A DNA stretch of 61,035 nt, the filler included, from Sphacelaria rigidula (taxonomy: Eukaryota): assembly GCA_964200075.2 (NCBI GenBank). It is 4 parts of 4 records of this genome, joined end to end, with 100 filler letters (N's around TTAATTAATTAA, not from the genome) between each part and the next. Parts side by side here need not be neighbours in the genome. Positions count along the whole stretch, not along the records: positions 1 to 15,189 come from CAXNAA020001872.1; 3 more parts are not named here. One strand, written 5' to 3'. Below are positions 1-13,600 of this stretch, piece by piece (the stretch's first letter is position 1; each line of letters starts with the position of its first letter). The notes under the pieces are model-generated. The model was not told the DNA's origin, searched no databases, and saw only the letters and a program-made list of their open reading frames with translations. A program made the translations under genes and the position numbers.

Positions 1-230
1 CCAAGCGCGAAGCGCCGTGGTGTGTGCGGCGAGTCGCATTAAGGGCGAGCTGCATCCTGCTAAGATTGTTCGGCCCGAAGCCCACTGATTATCTTGCATT
101 TGGATGACAGCCAACAATGGGTTCTTCATTCTTCGGTAGTATCGTCACTTCCAGAGACAGCCACCGCTGTTACACTCCCTCATGGGCGTCTAACCAATCC
201 TATCTCAGGGGGAGGGCGCCAGCGCTTTCC
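1..230. repeat. Dispersed repeat; second diverged copy at ~2109-2350
   Basis: Both copies begin CCAAGCGCGAAGCGCCGTG and align through GAGCTGCATCCTGC and TTGCAT-TGGATGAC. Confidence 0.75.
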
Positions 231-399
231 GTCGCTGGATCAGATCCCGTTTGGGATCGTCAGTAGCGGTATTCAAGCTACAGCTGATGCGGGTTCTAAA
301 TTTAAAGAAACGGCTCGGATTTTGCTAGCGCGGTGCACTACAGTATCCTTCAACAGCCCCACCGCGAAACCAGGCTCTCAACACAGCCACGGCGGAAGT

Positions 400-680
400 A
401 TTTGTAAGTATTTTTTTCGCAGAGTTTGAGCGAATGCTACAAGAGTTGAAAAGAAAGGGAGTTATCTTGCAATGCGTGTCAGGGGTGTGGACGTGTATAT
501 GGCGCCTGAACGGGGAGGACGTCGCTTAAACGCACGATTCTCTCGTTCTAATGATGTGTTTAATCCAGTGTATCCATATGGAAGAAAGGAAACGAGGAGT
601 TGTCTATGGTCGATAAATTCCGTCGAATCGCCTGACAAAATTCGGAGGCTAACTTCCCCCCCCCCGATGCACATCCCTAA
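400..680. repeat. Dispersed repeat end, also present at ~41575-41840 (contig 3)
   Basis: Shared blocks TCAGGGGTGTGGA, TATATGGCGCCTGAAC and GTGTATCCA-ATGGAAGAAAGGAAACGA in the same order. Confidence 0.75.
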
Positions 681-985
681 CAGTTTATACAGCATGACTG
701 CCTTCACATCATGAGGAGTCGACTCGTATGAACTTTGACTCGTTCTATCCGTGCATTTTTTAGGATCCCCTGTCCATTCTAGTTGACGGAAGGGAGGTGG
801 TGAAGGAAGGCAAAGACGCCACTGCAACCTCAGCCAATGACACATAACCCAGGATATCAACACCCTCTGAATAAAAACGAACACGGAACATTCTGCACCC
901 CCGCCCTCATGTTGATATTGCAATTCGTTGAGAGCTTTACAGCTGAGCCACTGTTCGATGAGCTCGGCCCATCTATTGATGTTTA

Positions 986-1260
986 CGTGATGATTGTTGC
1001 ACATCAACTACTGCCGTAGGACCCAGCCATGGTCATTATCCACAAGATAGACGCATTCAAGGTGAACTTGGAAACACTCGCCGAACACAATGAAGCGTGA
1101 AAGAGGACAGAAAAAAACGGACGGAGAAAACTGAAAATCAGAAACAAAAAAAGCAACTAAACACAAACCAAGCAGAGGATAAAGGAAAGGGATAGAAACG
1201 AGCGAGCGAAAAAAAAAGATCGATGACCCCCCACGCAAGATACAGAGTTTCAAGAGCGGC
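986..1260 (-). mobile_element. 5'-truncated 3' end of the RTE-like LINE family (or a SINE sharing its tail)
   Basis: Core motif CTATCTTGT..GACCATGGCTGGGTCC..GTTGATGTGCAACAATCA next to a pyrimidine-rich tract; it matches the 3' end of the element at 24229. Confidence 0.65.
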
Positions 1261-1636
1261 TGATTCACCTCAACTACAGTTGATAAACCTGTTATGTTTC
1301 GCATACGTCACATTCTCACCTTCAGTTCCTTGTCAAAGCATACCTCACCGCGGCGTTTTCCTTTTCTCAGCGTGTCCAAGATGTACGTATTTCCACTTGA
1401 ATAATAACTACCAAAAAACACTGCCCCCCTTCGACGTCGGTACCCCCCGCTCCCGCACCTTCTACTCGCACCCGATCAGTGTAAACAGCAAGTGCTTGGC
1501 CCAACCGACCGTTCAATTATTTTTGGAAAACTGCGTGTTGTCGTGTAGTGTCAGTCGCACTACCCTCAAGCGTACTTAGAAGTCGCAGACGAATGCTCGA
1601 ACGACTGCGCAGTTTACCCTGAACGTTCAGGGCGGT

Positions 1637-4600
1637 CTAGCGGAGTTCGCGAATAGGAGCCTCTTTCTCCCACAGCGAATGAAGGAATTCGTGTAGCCCT
1701 TCGCTCACTGAGACCTGTCAACGTTGATCGGATGTCAAGAAAACAGGAGTGAGGCGTATGCGCATACAGTCAACACGACTCGACTCAAGTTCTTCTCACC
1801 GCTAAGATCCAGATCCGTTGGGGACGAGAGATATGTTTCAAAACTACAAATGGACAAAAAGGATGCACCCCTAACTCGGGCCAATATGTGGTGCACCAGG
1901 CTGGGTTGGTTGCTACAGGCCTCCCACGTGGATTGCCCCTTTGTGTCCAACTAGATAGAAGGGCGTGTATCGAGGGAGATATGGGATGATGCTTTGGGTA
2001 CACAGCCTCGTCTAGAGGAGGAGGGGGGGGGGCGTACTCATGATCTCGCATCCACGACGCCGGGGCGGAGCACGTCGGGTTTCGCCGGACCAGGTTCGCA
2101 CTCAATCACCAAGCGCGAAGCGCCGTGATGTGTTCGGCAAGTCGCGCGAAGGGGGAGCTGCATCCTGCCAAGATAGTTCAGCCTGGAGCGTGATTCCGTT
2201 GCATATGGATGACGGCCTCCAATGGGCTGCTTCATTTTCTGGTATAGCGACTTCCAGACAGTCCCAAGGAGGGTGTGTATGTGTGTGTGTGTGTGTGTAC
2301 TCATGACTTTGAATGCCCCATACTCATATAACCATTCGCCTCGCATCCCTACAAAGCCGGGACAGAGCACGACGGTTTCCCGCCGGACCAGGCTCCGAGT
2401 CGAGGGGGGGGGGCGGGTTCAAATATAAAAGAAAACTCACGGCAAGCAGTAGAGTGCCATCACGGTGCTGTTCGCTCATTGTTCGTAGCCACACTGGCGA
2501 CCGCGAACGGCAGGAGCAACAATACTACTCAACTGTCACTGACAAATAGCATGCGTGGAAAGCGCAAAGCAAGGTGTACCGTGGAAAGCGTATGTTACAC
2601 TGCGCACAGGTTGCAATAAAGCATACTACAATACCCCATACAGCAGTACGCGTGCAGGCCATGTGGACTATAGTTGCCCGTTTTGATCTCGATCGTCACA
2701 AACGCGCCATCTTTTACTCCGTGTACGTCTGTAGTTACTTGCGTTTGAACACGAACTCTATCGGCCCTTGCTACACACGTGCGCACCTTGCCCAGGGAAA
2801 AAGAGAGGTACTACGTTGTACATTCAAAGGGAAACGATCGAAAAGGGTATTTGCAACCAAAAGCGGAAAATAGAACACGTACGTCCCACCCGCATCGCGA
2901 AAAAGACGTACATCACCTCAAGGGGAACCCTGAAGCCCGCTTTCTTCATCAGTGTCGCGTTAAATCCTAGGGCGTTACTTCAGTGTACGGCTTTATTGAA
3001 CCACAAAGAGTTGCAGGAGCACGTACTTCGAAAAAAACTTGTTCCTCAGTTCAAGTTCCGTGAGATGTTACTCAGGACACAAGTCTCAGGGCTGCGTGTT
3101 TCAACGACGAAAGTCATCTGTTGTAACGGGTACGTCAAACGGGGCCCCTCCTGCTCAAGGCTCGAGAAATCGCGTGCTACGCGTAACGATGCCTTTTGGT
3201 CGCACACTGCACTGACCTTGTACGGGGTGGGGTTGACCCTCTGGAGAATGTCTGGCCGTATCTGTCGGCGGAACAAGGGGAATAAGAGACAAATCACGGC
3301 CAGCAAAGGACCAAGGATATTTTACGCAGTGTCCAACGAGCCGACTTTTTCCAGCGCACGAGTAGGTGAGGGAATTTGATGCAGCACAATATCCTCGGCA
3401 AAGTAACAGAATGCAACGGACATCGCCAGAGTGAAATTCACATTTGACGAAGCTCGCATGTGGGCAAGGCATATTGAAACGCAGAGTAACGAAGACAAAG
3501 ATGTCTCTCACCTACTAGATCGGGATTTACGACACAATTGAAGAAACGGCCGAGGGAAACAAGTATGCGTCCCGATGCTAATTATGACGTTACTTTTATG
3601 CGCTACCAACACCAGCTGTTTTTGTAGGACCTCTTTCCCAAAAATAAAGGTTGAGGGACTTCAAACTCATCGATACACGATATCCGTCGCGACTCTTCGT
3701 GACCCCTTTTCGAAATGACGACGGCGTACATCACAGCCATAACGAGCAAGAGAGCCAGCAGTATGGCATGGTTGCTCGAACCTATTCCATACACGTCGCC
3801 CACGAATACAAAGAGGAACTCCGCAGATTCGGCAATACAAGAACCAGACAGGAGAACGTGCTCAAGCGAACAGCGGTCGCGATCGTCTCACCTCAGCCAA
3901 GCCCTTTTTGACGGTTGCTTGCACCTAGCGCGAACAAGAATCAAGGGGAAAACCGAAAAGAGACAATTGGAATGGTGCAGAAAAATGGTATCCCATGCAA
4001 GTATGCGTGTTGAGAACTATATTGCCCGCAACAGAGATTGAAATCTTTCGTCGATGAGACCATCAGCGTAGATCGGCACCCGAAAACACTGCATCGAAAC
4101 TTAGCCTCTTCGAACCGCGGATTACCTTCGATGGGTGTCGCCACCACACGAGAATACGTGTGGCGAGGGAACTTGAAGTGTGAGCAATCGCAAGTTAAGA
4201 AATGAAGTACGGGCAATGTCAATATCCGTGTCGCTGTAGCACTTCCTGTAGAATACTGCGAGCATTCAGTACCCATAATCAGAGACATTGAAGACACCGT
4301 AAAACCGGTAGACGCATCGCAAGCTATATGGCACTCGTGATTGCTCGGAAATACTCGGCAGGTAAGAATCCAAGCATGTGAGGGGACAGACACGTAGCAG
4401 TACTTGATAATGCTTCCCGCTCGATAAGAAACACGGGTAGAAGTCTAATATGGATAACATACGCAAAGTTATCATGCGGAGAACGTACGCCGTCATCGCG
4501 ATTATAGGCTCACTCGGTGGACACACGAACTAACTATTGTACTTCTTTGCGACGTGTTCCCTGAAGATTTGAGAGATCACGCGCGTGCCGGCAACATTTA

Positions 4601-7600
4601 TTGGATGGAGCTGCTCTCTTCTACAGCGGATTGTGCAGTACAGCTGTAGAACAATGCAGTACGAACGGTTCATACAGATAGTACAGTACAGAAAGCGTAC
4701 CGGACAAAAGGGCAGTAGCAACCTGTACAGACAGTTCTATATTAGCACGCGACAAGAGGGGAAGCTTCTGTGCGAGATTACATGCTCCCGCCGCAGCGGC
4801 TACACATGTTCGGGGTCACACAGAACATCATCTCCCTGGCGCTGTATTTGCAGCTCGTCGCATGAGTACAGACGGTACAAAATGGCGTCACCGCGCATTG
4901 CAGTACGGCGCCGTGCAATTAGCCTCAAGACTACTCATGGAAAAGAAAAAGTTGCACGAAAAAGTGGCAAGACAGAAAACCCTGTGCCGATAGAAGGAAA
5001 ATCGATACGAGTAGCTACCAAGCCACGACCACCTTTCGATTGAGGCGAGCATCGCTGAACATAACCGCGTCTAGCAGGTTTGACTACATGGGAAGCTAGC
5101 CACATATCAATTGTGTGTCAAATGACGGGTCAGAGTAATGGGGGATACTGAACTTGTTTACGGCGGAACGGATGGAATGTCAAACTTTGGCGCTAGACTG
5201 GCGTGCGAAAACAATCAACACACAACAATTTTGGTCCCTCGTTATGCCTGCACAGCCGGACGACACGCGTAGACAGTATCAGAGTATACGCAAATACTAG
5301 CCTCAACCCTAGTCCCCGCTCAGCTACACGCACATAAGGATTGTTTCCGCTGAGATCTATCCACTACGTTTGACCATACGGCAATCCACATCGACTCCAA
5401 CATTACTACGGACGGCGTAGTTGTCCTCAGGCTGCATACACCATAGGGCATCAGACGCACTGCAGTTTTATGAACCAGGCTACTGGACTAATATAGTAAA
5501 CCACGAGACTGTGTTACGGCAACACTACCTTCGACTTCATGCTGCGCACAAACCATTGCTGGGCACTATCTCAAGGCTCCTGCAGCCAGCTCAAAACACG
5601 AGCATCACTGCCAAAATCCCAGCGGAGCACAATATTTACCGCGGCCCTGCATTCTTCTCCGGGTGTATGATTATCGATGCAGGGTGATTCGAGCTGTGTG
5701 TTGACGTACTTTTCGTTGGCGAAGGTACCAATGCCTGGGCTACGATTCCACGGTGGCGTCGTCGAAAGTTGACGGAAGGCACTTTCGTTTGGAATAAAAC
5801 AGCCTCATCAAGTTGCAAAAACAAAAAATCGTGTAATTGTTTTGTTTTCACAAGAAGTGGCCTATGAGAGGTAGGCGTGGGGGGAGGCGAACGAGTTGAT
5901 CTTTCGTGGGATGGGTTCGCGTGAAGCTTTTTCATCGCAACCTGCTTTGCTCGCTCCTCAGTGTCTCGCCACGAGTGGCCCGGCACACGGCGCTGGTGTC
6001 TAGTGTAACAAAGTACGGGAAGAGGTTCGAAGATGATTGGTTACGTGTCGGTGACGCGCTGCTCCCGCCGCTGGGCTTGTGTGGATCCTTGATCATATAT
6101 ATGTAGCGAGAATATTGTGATTCATCAATTGCGTGACGGCGCTTACCTGCACATCGGTGTCATTTCTTTTTCACTTGATTTGAGAGTACGTCTTTTTCTC
6201 AAAGACATCTCAGCATACCTTTCGCTTGCATCTCGCCGAAGCAGTGGAGTGCGCTTTGTTTCTGCTTAGGTCTAGGGCACATCTGCTTTCCGTGACGTGT
6301 TCTGCATAGCGTTGCGATGCGTTCCGTTCGATGCGTTTCGCCTCTAGACGTTTCCGTGGACTCTTCGACCGGAGTTTTCATCTCTCGACCGCACTCAGAC
6401 CACATTCACTTGTGGAACCGACATCATGTTTACTTGAAATTTGAGTCAGCATCATGTTCAGTTGAAAATCGAGACGGTATGAAACGGTCAGCGTGCCATC
6501 GCTCTCCACTGGACACCGTTTACTCTCGGGACGGGCAGGGCTGGGGCGCCTTGAGCGTGTTTCGATTTTGCATGCATGTCGCATCGTCTCAACTGCACTT
6601 CCTTTTCACTACCTGCACTACTGCTGCTAATCCGCGTTTTTGGAATGTTTCCCAATGAATTCTGAACAGATTTGCGCCATGTCACGCACAACGTGCTCAG
6701 TTGATGAGCAGCTGTGGGTTGTTCAAACTCTGAGCTGTGCCATTACGTAACGTAAATAACTATAAGCACTTCTTAATATTGGAAGTTGACCCAATGGGCG
6801 TGGCGGCGTAAGCCGATGTGTATATGTGCGTGTGTGCACGACCTAACCTCCAGTACAGCACAGCACAGTAATCCCCCCCCCCCCCCCCCCCTTCCCGGGT
6901 GTTCATAGATGCAGCAGGGCATTTACAATCCGAGCCACAAACACAGGAGGGCATGTAGCGCTTCGGAATCTGAGTGGCCGAATTTACCCGAACTGCTTGC
7001 ATACGACTGGCCTAAGGGAAAGGGAGCATGAGGACATGCATAATTTCAATGTTTAATTTTCACTCCCCATACTCTGCTATCCAGCGTGCAGACACTGAGA
7101 ATCCGATCACTGGTTTTGATTGATTGTCACACATGAACTGATCTTCGAGGGTTCCAGCCGTGGTCACAAGATAGATGCACCTAAGTTCAACAGAACCAAA
7201 ACGCTCACTGAAAAAAGCGAAATTCGAACAAGTATTAGGATAGAACAAGCTGAAAACCAGAACTAAAACCAAGTCGAGCAGAAAGACGGTGGGGTTTTGA
7301 GAAGAAACTAGGGAAGGGCGCTGTACTTTTCTCTACTCTGCACCACCTAGGCGTCGTACGGCACAGTGGTTGATTGAATTGATTGATTGTTGTACCTCAA
7401 CTGATCTCCCCAGGGATTTAGCCATCTTCACATGATAGACGTACAAACAAAAAAAAACGGAAACAATCGCTGTGCACCCTCGCAGTGATCGTTGTTTTGC
7501 TTTAACACGAAGATCCTTTTCTCATGCACTATACGTCGTTAAATCAGCGTGCAAAGAATGCAGCTTTGTACTCGCCTCGTCGATGGGGCGCGGCTTGGAG

Positions 7601-10600
7601 GTAGCACCTCCATTACGGCCATTCCACACGAGCTTTTGCAAAGGAATAACCTTGGACGGCGTTACCCTCGCGCGCTTCGTTGCCACGAAGGGATGTCTGC
7701 TCCGCACGAACCGGGCACAGCCGTTGGGGGTGTGCGTCATAGTTTTCCATAGCACATGGCCAATCCACAAGGATGGATCAGTCCCACCGTAATGTCATCG
7801 CAAAACAGAAACATAATCAAGAACACAAGAAGCCGTACCTTGGCATCGTCAAGCCGTGGAATTACGCGGCGCTTCCACCACTTCTTGCCCTGCGGACTAA
7901 AATTACATCAAATCTGAGATGATTGGTAGTCTTCGACGGTAGCAGGCGTTTACCGATTCCCTAAATACTGCAGCATAATATTATTTTGTACCGGAGCAAC
8001 AGCAGGGACCCGGTGAACGCAGCAAAAGCACATGAGTCACGCCAATCAACATGTTCAGGCCCACTTTCCATGCCGGTCCCTCCGACACCGCATCGTATCT
8101 TGGTGCGCACGGTCAGACTTAGCGGCCACATACTTGCTGTGGCCCATAAGTCCGGTGAGTCATGTACAACCCCTTCGCCATGTTGGATTGGTCCTTCGAC
8201 TTTTTCTCGGGTTTTTTCAGCGAGGTTTTCGGTGGAACGCCTTTTTTTTTTCCCACGTTTATTTCTACTATGCGGCCGCACGACCGAAAAATTAAGTCGG
8301 CCTGAAAACGGCCCGATCTCGCCCCGATCACGGGGGCGACAAAAAAGTCGAGAACGCAGACAAAAAGATGGTACGCCGTCCTCGTCGTTACTGGGGCTTG
8401 ATGCCGGATAGTCCCAAGCCGTTTTGAAGGCCTCCTCATCGTGGTTTTTCACCCTTTCCGACGTTCCCCCCCTTTGCCCCGACATACCCTTTTATACTTC
8501 CCCAGTCTCAAACTTCCCCGGTCATGGCTTCATCAGCACCTGTGTTGGGGACATATGCTCTGCACCCCATGGTCCACCTCATTGACGAGACAGTTGATAA
8601 TCAGTCTCAGCCACTATGCTACACATTCGTCGCTAACTCTCAAGTCCGATAGAATCTGGTCCGTTCATGACGGTTGCACAAACGACAACAGTGAAAGGTC
8701 AGAGTGCCGAGTGCTCTTCAATTGCAGCCGAGTATTGTACTCGCCTCGCCAGGATGGGTACACCAGGTTGAGGAGGGTCTTCTCCCTCGGAGAGCATGAT
8801 GTCCAGGATAGGAGTTCCGCTCGAACCCACCAGCCGATACACCGACTTCCTCCCCGGTATCGTGACCTTCGAAGTTGTCTGATGAAATAACAACATGTAT
8901 ATATTTCCAAAAGCAATTGAAGCATTATTTTAGTTGGCGCAATACCAGCTACGACGCAGGCCCAATTGGATTGATTGATGGATTTGATCGGTTGTCGCAC
9001 AGTGACTGATCTCAAGGAACCCGGTAACGGTCACGAGATAGATATATCCAAGGCAAACAAAAGGAAACGCTCGCTGAAGAAGAGCGAAGAAAAAAAAACG
9101 AACAAAAGCAGTGAACTGAGGACAAAAACCCAAACTAGACCAAACCAGAGCCAAGCAGGAAGGGATTGGAAAGGAACAGAGAAGAACTAGAGAAACAAAA
9201 ACAAAGAAGATAAAAAAGCGCATGTCGTCGCTGTACTCCATTACGGTTCGATACTGGCCCCATTCGTCAACTACTTGCACAAGCTGTGTCGAGCGGCTTG
9301 AGACAGTTGAGCAACGTTCATCCTGAAGTCCTTGTAGTCTTGATAGTTACCCCGAGGAACCCAGTCCGCCTATTACCGCAGGAAGCAAAGCAGTCGTGTG
9401 GCACTGAGCCCAGTGTTGTGTTGAAGGGGCGCCGAAAGCCAAGTAGGGGCTTTTCTTACTGTTCAGTTGTAGAAGGAAGACACCACCGACGGCTAGAACG
9501 ACGACACAACAAGCAGAAAAGTAGGCAAGTCTTGGGGAAACTAGACTGACCCCGTCTGGAACTATACACCAACAAAACCAACCGTCTGGTATCAAACTAC
9601 GCATGCGTTGCAGTACCGTGCAGAATTGTTGCCCAACTCGCACACAACATGTGCTGACACCTCATAGCCGCAGGGGGAGTGCGCATCGCTATTCCGAAGA
9701 GCTAGGGAGTTCACCTGCGAGAGCTTTATCCTCGGCATACCCTCGATAGACACCAGCTTGTAAACGCACCCCAGTGCTGGCTGCGATTGACACGTGACTA
9801 GATTTGTCCCCACGCCGAAGGTGTCGATAGCGTGTCCCTGCACGCGCGCAATCGGTGGGCCACGTGGGAAGCACAGAAGTATCGAAGGGTATGCTGCGAT
9901 CAAGAGCCCTGAAAAAAGGTTACTGTGTGCAAACCCGACGCAGCTCTTCCCTCGCTCGTCGGTAACCGCTTTGATTTGAGTAAGCAACAGTAAAGCAGGA
10001 GACTCGAGTAACGACAAAAAAACAGATATTCGGCATACCTGTTCAGCAAGAGAGTGGAGGCTCTCCTCGTTGATGTCGTTGCTTGCTACAATGTTTGTCG
10101 TGGCCAAGAAAGGGCGGTTAAAATTCTTTGACGCTTCTGTCACCATGCGCCGCACTTCTTGACTCAGGTAGCTCAGGTCTCCAGAGTCCAACCGGCACCC
10201 AGTCGCCCTGATGGAGGAGACGTGCAGAAGTGGAAACTGACGATGTGTCACAAGCAAGATGACTGAATCCTAATCGGGGAGTGTGTTGGGTGCTATGCAC
10301 TCGGGCACTACATGTGCATGCGATTTTATGTAGAGCGTGTTGTGTGCAATGATTCATTAGATGACAAATTAAAACTGGCAATTGTGTGTCGTCGACAAAC
10401 ACATTGTATATCAAGCTGAGACAACATTGAATATTGATTGATTTATGATCGAGTATGGACTGATTTATACCGTCCCAGCTGTGGTGAACTACACGGACAC
10501 GCTTGCAAAAGAAGAAGGAAAGCGGGAATATACATGAGGAGGTAGAGATAGAGATAAGGAGAGAGAGAACACAAGGGATAAACTGAACAATAAAATACAA

Positions 10601-13600
10601 ATACACCATCAACCAAGCGGGAAGGGAAAGTAAAGGAGCGGAGACGGACAAAAAAAAAAAGGAAGATGATCAAATAAAACAACGAAATGGAGCTAGAAGT
10701 GCCCCGCCCCTGCAGTATGGTTTCGGGAGGAACAAGGCCGTGCGCACACACCGCAAGCAGTGATACCCCCCCCAAAAAAAGCGCCAAAAACATTACGCAT
10801 ACGGAGAATCGAACTCCGGGCATAACCTTGGGAGGGTTATATGTTACCACTACACCACATGCGTTTTCGGCGATGATGGAAGAGCGAAATGCTCACATGA
10901 CCTTGCACAACTGCCGTGCAGTAAATCTTGAACGCTGTGTTCAAAAGGGGATCAACGCAACGGCGCACTAATCCACTCTCAATCACTGCAAGTGTCAGTC
11001 GAGGACAAATCAATGTTTTCATAACGAAGTATTAAATTTAAAAAGCATGAACACGCCCAGCCTTGGAGGTGTGAACACGCCTGCATCTCTCATCGGCGAC
11101 AAAACAACATGTCTCCACAGTTTCTGCAGCAAGGATATGCGTACCTGACTCGAAATACTGCTCATAACCATTGATCCCACCTCGACGGACAACGTCTCAT
11201 CATACCAACCAGAACGCCACAAACACCAATTCATTTCAGAATAGTAGGACAGCATTAGTACAGCCACGAGAAATCGGGTTGATTGAAGTCGGTGACCACG
11301 GCTGGATTCCAAGAGGGATTAGGTAATGCGCGACAAGTCAATCTGTCAAAAATCTCACAGCCTGAACCCAAACACAACGCACAAAGAATATACTGTTAAT
11401 TGAAAAAAGTACCTTGGCAAATATCATTGTATCACGTGGTGTATAGTGGTAGGCGGTCTAACTATTTATTTTGTGGCGTTTTGTGATTTTTTCGTCATCG
11501 ACGATTTTCTTGGGCTCTTTTCGCTTGCCACCGCTGATCACATTGGGAATCTCAAGATGTTTGTATTTCCTTCACATTTCAAGAAGAAAAAATCGTATGT
11601 ACTCAATATTGAGCGACCTACGGGCTGACCGGTCATCGGGGGTCCTGCCACGGTTCAGCCCAGATTCTCAATCTTCTGTATTTTCGGCCCATCGAGCCCG
11701 TCCTGATCATATTTGTAAAGAAATGTACAGTTTCATTTTTGTAAATGCTGCCTACTCCTTGCACTAGGGCCAAAAAACTGTGTTTCACGGTCAATAACAC
11801 CCTCGTAATGAACGGGGTATTTACTCGTGTCGCCCGATAACATCAACATACACTAACTTAGGCATTGTGTTTCGAAGATGATCTGTTGTGTTGTACCAAA
11901 ATCTACCGACGCTAGCAATTTCGACTTCTATCGAATAGTAGCACGCGGGGAAAACTCCAAAACACCCCTAAATAGTTGAACCGCCCACTACGCTACACGG
12001 CACTTCAATGATAGATCAAGAATACCCGATCGGATGCCGTGGCGAGAAACGGAAAATTCTGACAAGTGAGACACCATATTTCGGAGAATAGCAAACGGTG
12101 CAGCGTACAGCGCTCCCACCTGTGCCCGAGATCATCCAGGGCGAGAGCAACGCACAAGAAGTTCGGCACGCCCGACTGGAGCGTATCATACGTGTCCAGA
12201 AGCGCCATGAATCCGTCGGGGAACGCTTGGGCGTACGCTGTGAAGGCGGCCAATTCGCTCTCGCTGCTTGACGCCTTGAAACCCAAACGCTCCCGGTAGT
12301 CCAGCACCATTGCTACGAAGTCTCTACTGTCCAGAGTACGATCTTTGATCTGTCATGGCCAAGCATAGAGTGCTATAATGTAGTGACCAAGTAGAGAGCG
12401 TTATATCGTTAGCCTCGGTCTTGTCCCTCTAAGGTACGATCGATCTCTGATGCGTTCCTCAAATAAAGCAGTGCGAAGCTGTTAACCCAAGGCTTCGCCA
12501 TCCAGTGTCACCTTCGATCCGACTGTGGGCAACACAAAGGGAAAGTGGCAGCCTAAATCGACTTGTCCCAAGGGGTATCAGGAGGCGTATTAGGGGTTGC
12601 CGGATGGGAAGAGCACCGCAAGACTCTTGTAAACTGCCCATGAGAGCGACAGTAGTGGCGAACCCCCCAAATCTTGATGGATAATGAACATGTGTATGAG
12701 ATATGCTGCGGAGACGCTCAGAGGATGAATACAAGGGGAACGAAATGGGCTGCAACATCAAGAACGAGGTCGGAAAGAGGCAAGCAGAGTGTCGCAGCGG
12801 CGTACGTCCAGACGGAGCTGGTGAGCGGCTGAAAAGGAGCAAGGCGCGATTGAGAGAAATTAAGCGTGTACCCCACAGGAGCACTACTTCATACTCAATC
12901 GATTTCAAACTCCCACCACGAAACGTGCGCAGCCTTGAACGGTAGTGAACACCTAGGATACGTTCGTAACAAAAACGCCACGAGGCCATTGCTCGTGAGG
13001 TTACGGCTTCATTTAGAAACGGTGAAAGGTTCCTCACGTCGACTGTACTAAGCGGTCAGATACGCAACACATCGTGTACGAACGCTAGCTCACCTGATCG
13101 AAAGATGTGTACGACTGAACAAACGAGTGGGCGTGCGTGCCTCGAACAGCGATTCCGACCAGCTTTCCGGCCAGCAGATTGCTGGTGGCGGTAAAGCCCC
13201 CGATGTAAGAATAGCGAGACGCCGACAAAGCGCCGTCGGGACCCTGTCAACGGCATACATGAAAAAGACATGTCGCCCGTTGGAGTAGACAGCCTACCGG
13301 ACACAAAATAACACCACGCAGCTTTCTGCTAGAAAGAAGGTACGCGCTCTGCAAGGTACGCCGGCTCCCGTCATATTCATGCGTCAGTTGACTCTGTCCT
13401 GTAGCACCTGTGAAAAGCGCGAGGTGGCCCTCACGTGACCGCGTCAAAAGCTGCGAACGGTGATGAATTACTCTCGGTTGAGAAGCGAGGACGGGAAACG
13501 GATCAACTCTCGTATTCCCAGAATCATGAAAAGCGTGTGCTTCATATGACACCACAAAATTGGATTGGTGCGAAGACCCGTGCTTGGTGCATGAAAAGCC

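Noticed and set aside
2768..3379. 203-aa plus-strand ORF
   Set aside because: It is antisense to a NAPRT intron and exon, has no recognisable motif, and is likely a chance ORF.
6975..7011. Alternative NAPRT exon after a pyrimidine-rich TAG acceptor
   Set aside because: The peptide (ASRMQAVR) fits the family less well than exon 3892-3924, which has strong sites and the expected length.
9592..10257. 221-aa ORF as a single coding unit
   Set aside because: It is two NAPRT exons plus a 201-nt stop-free intron (9838-10038) with canonical GT-AG sites; the intron peptide does not fit the family.
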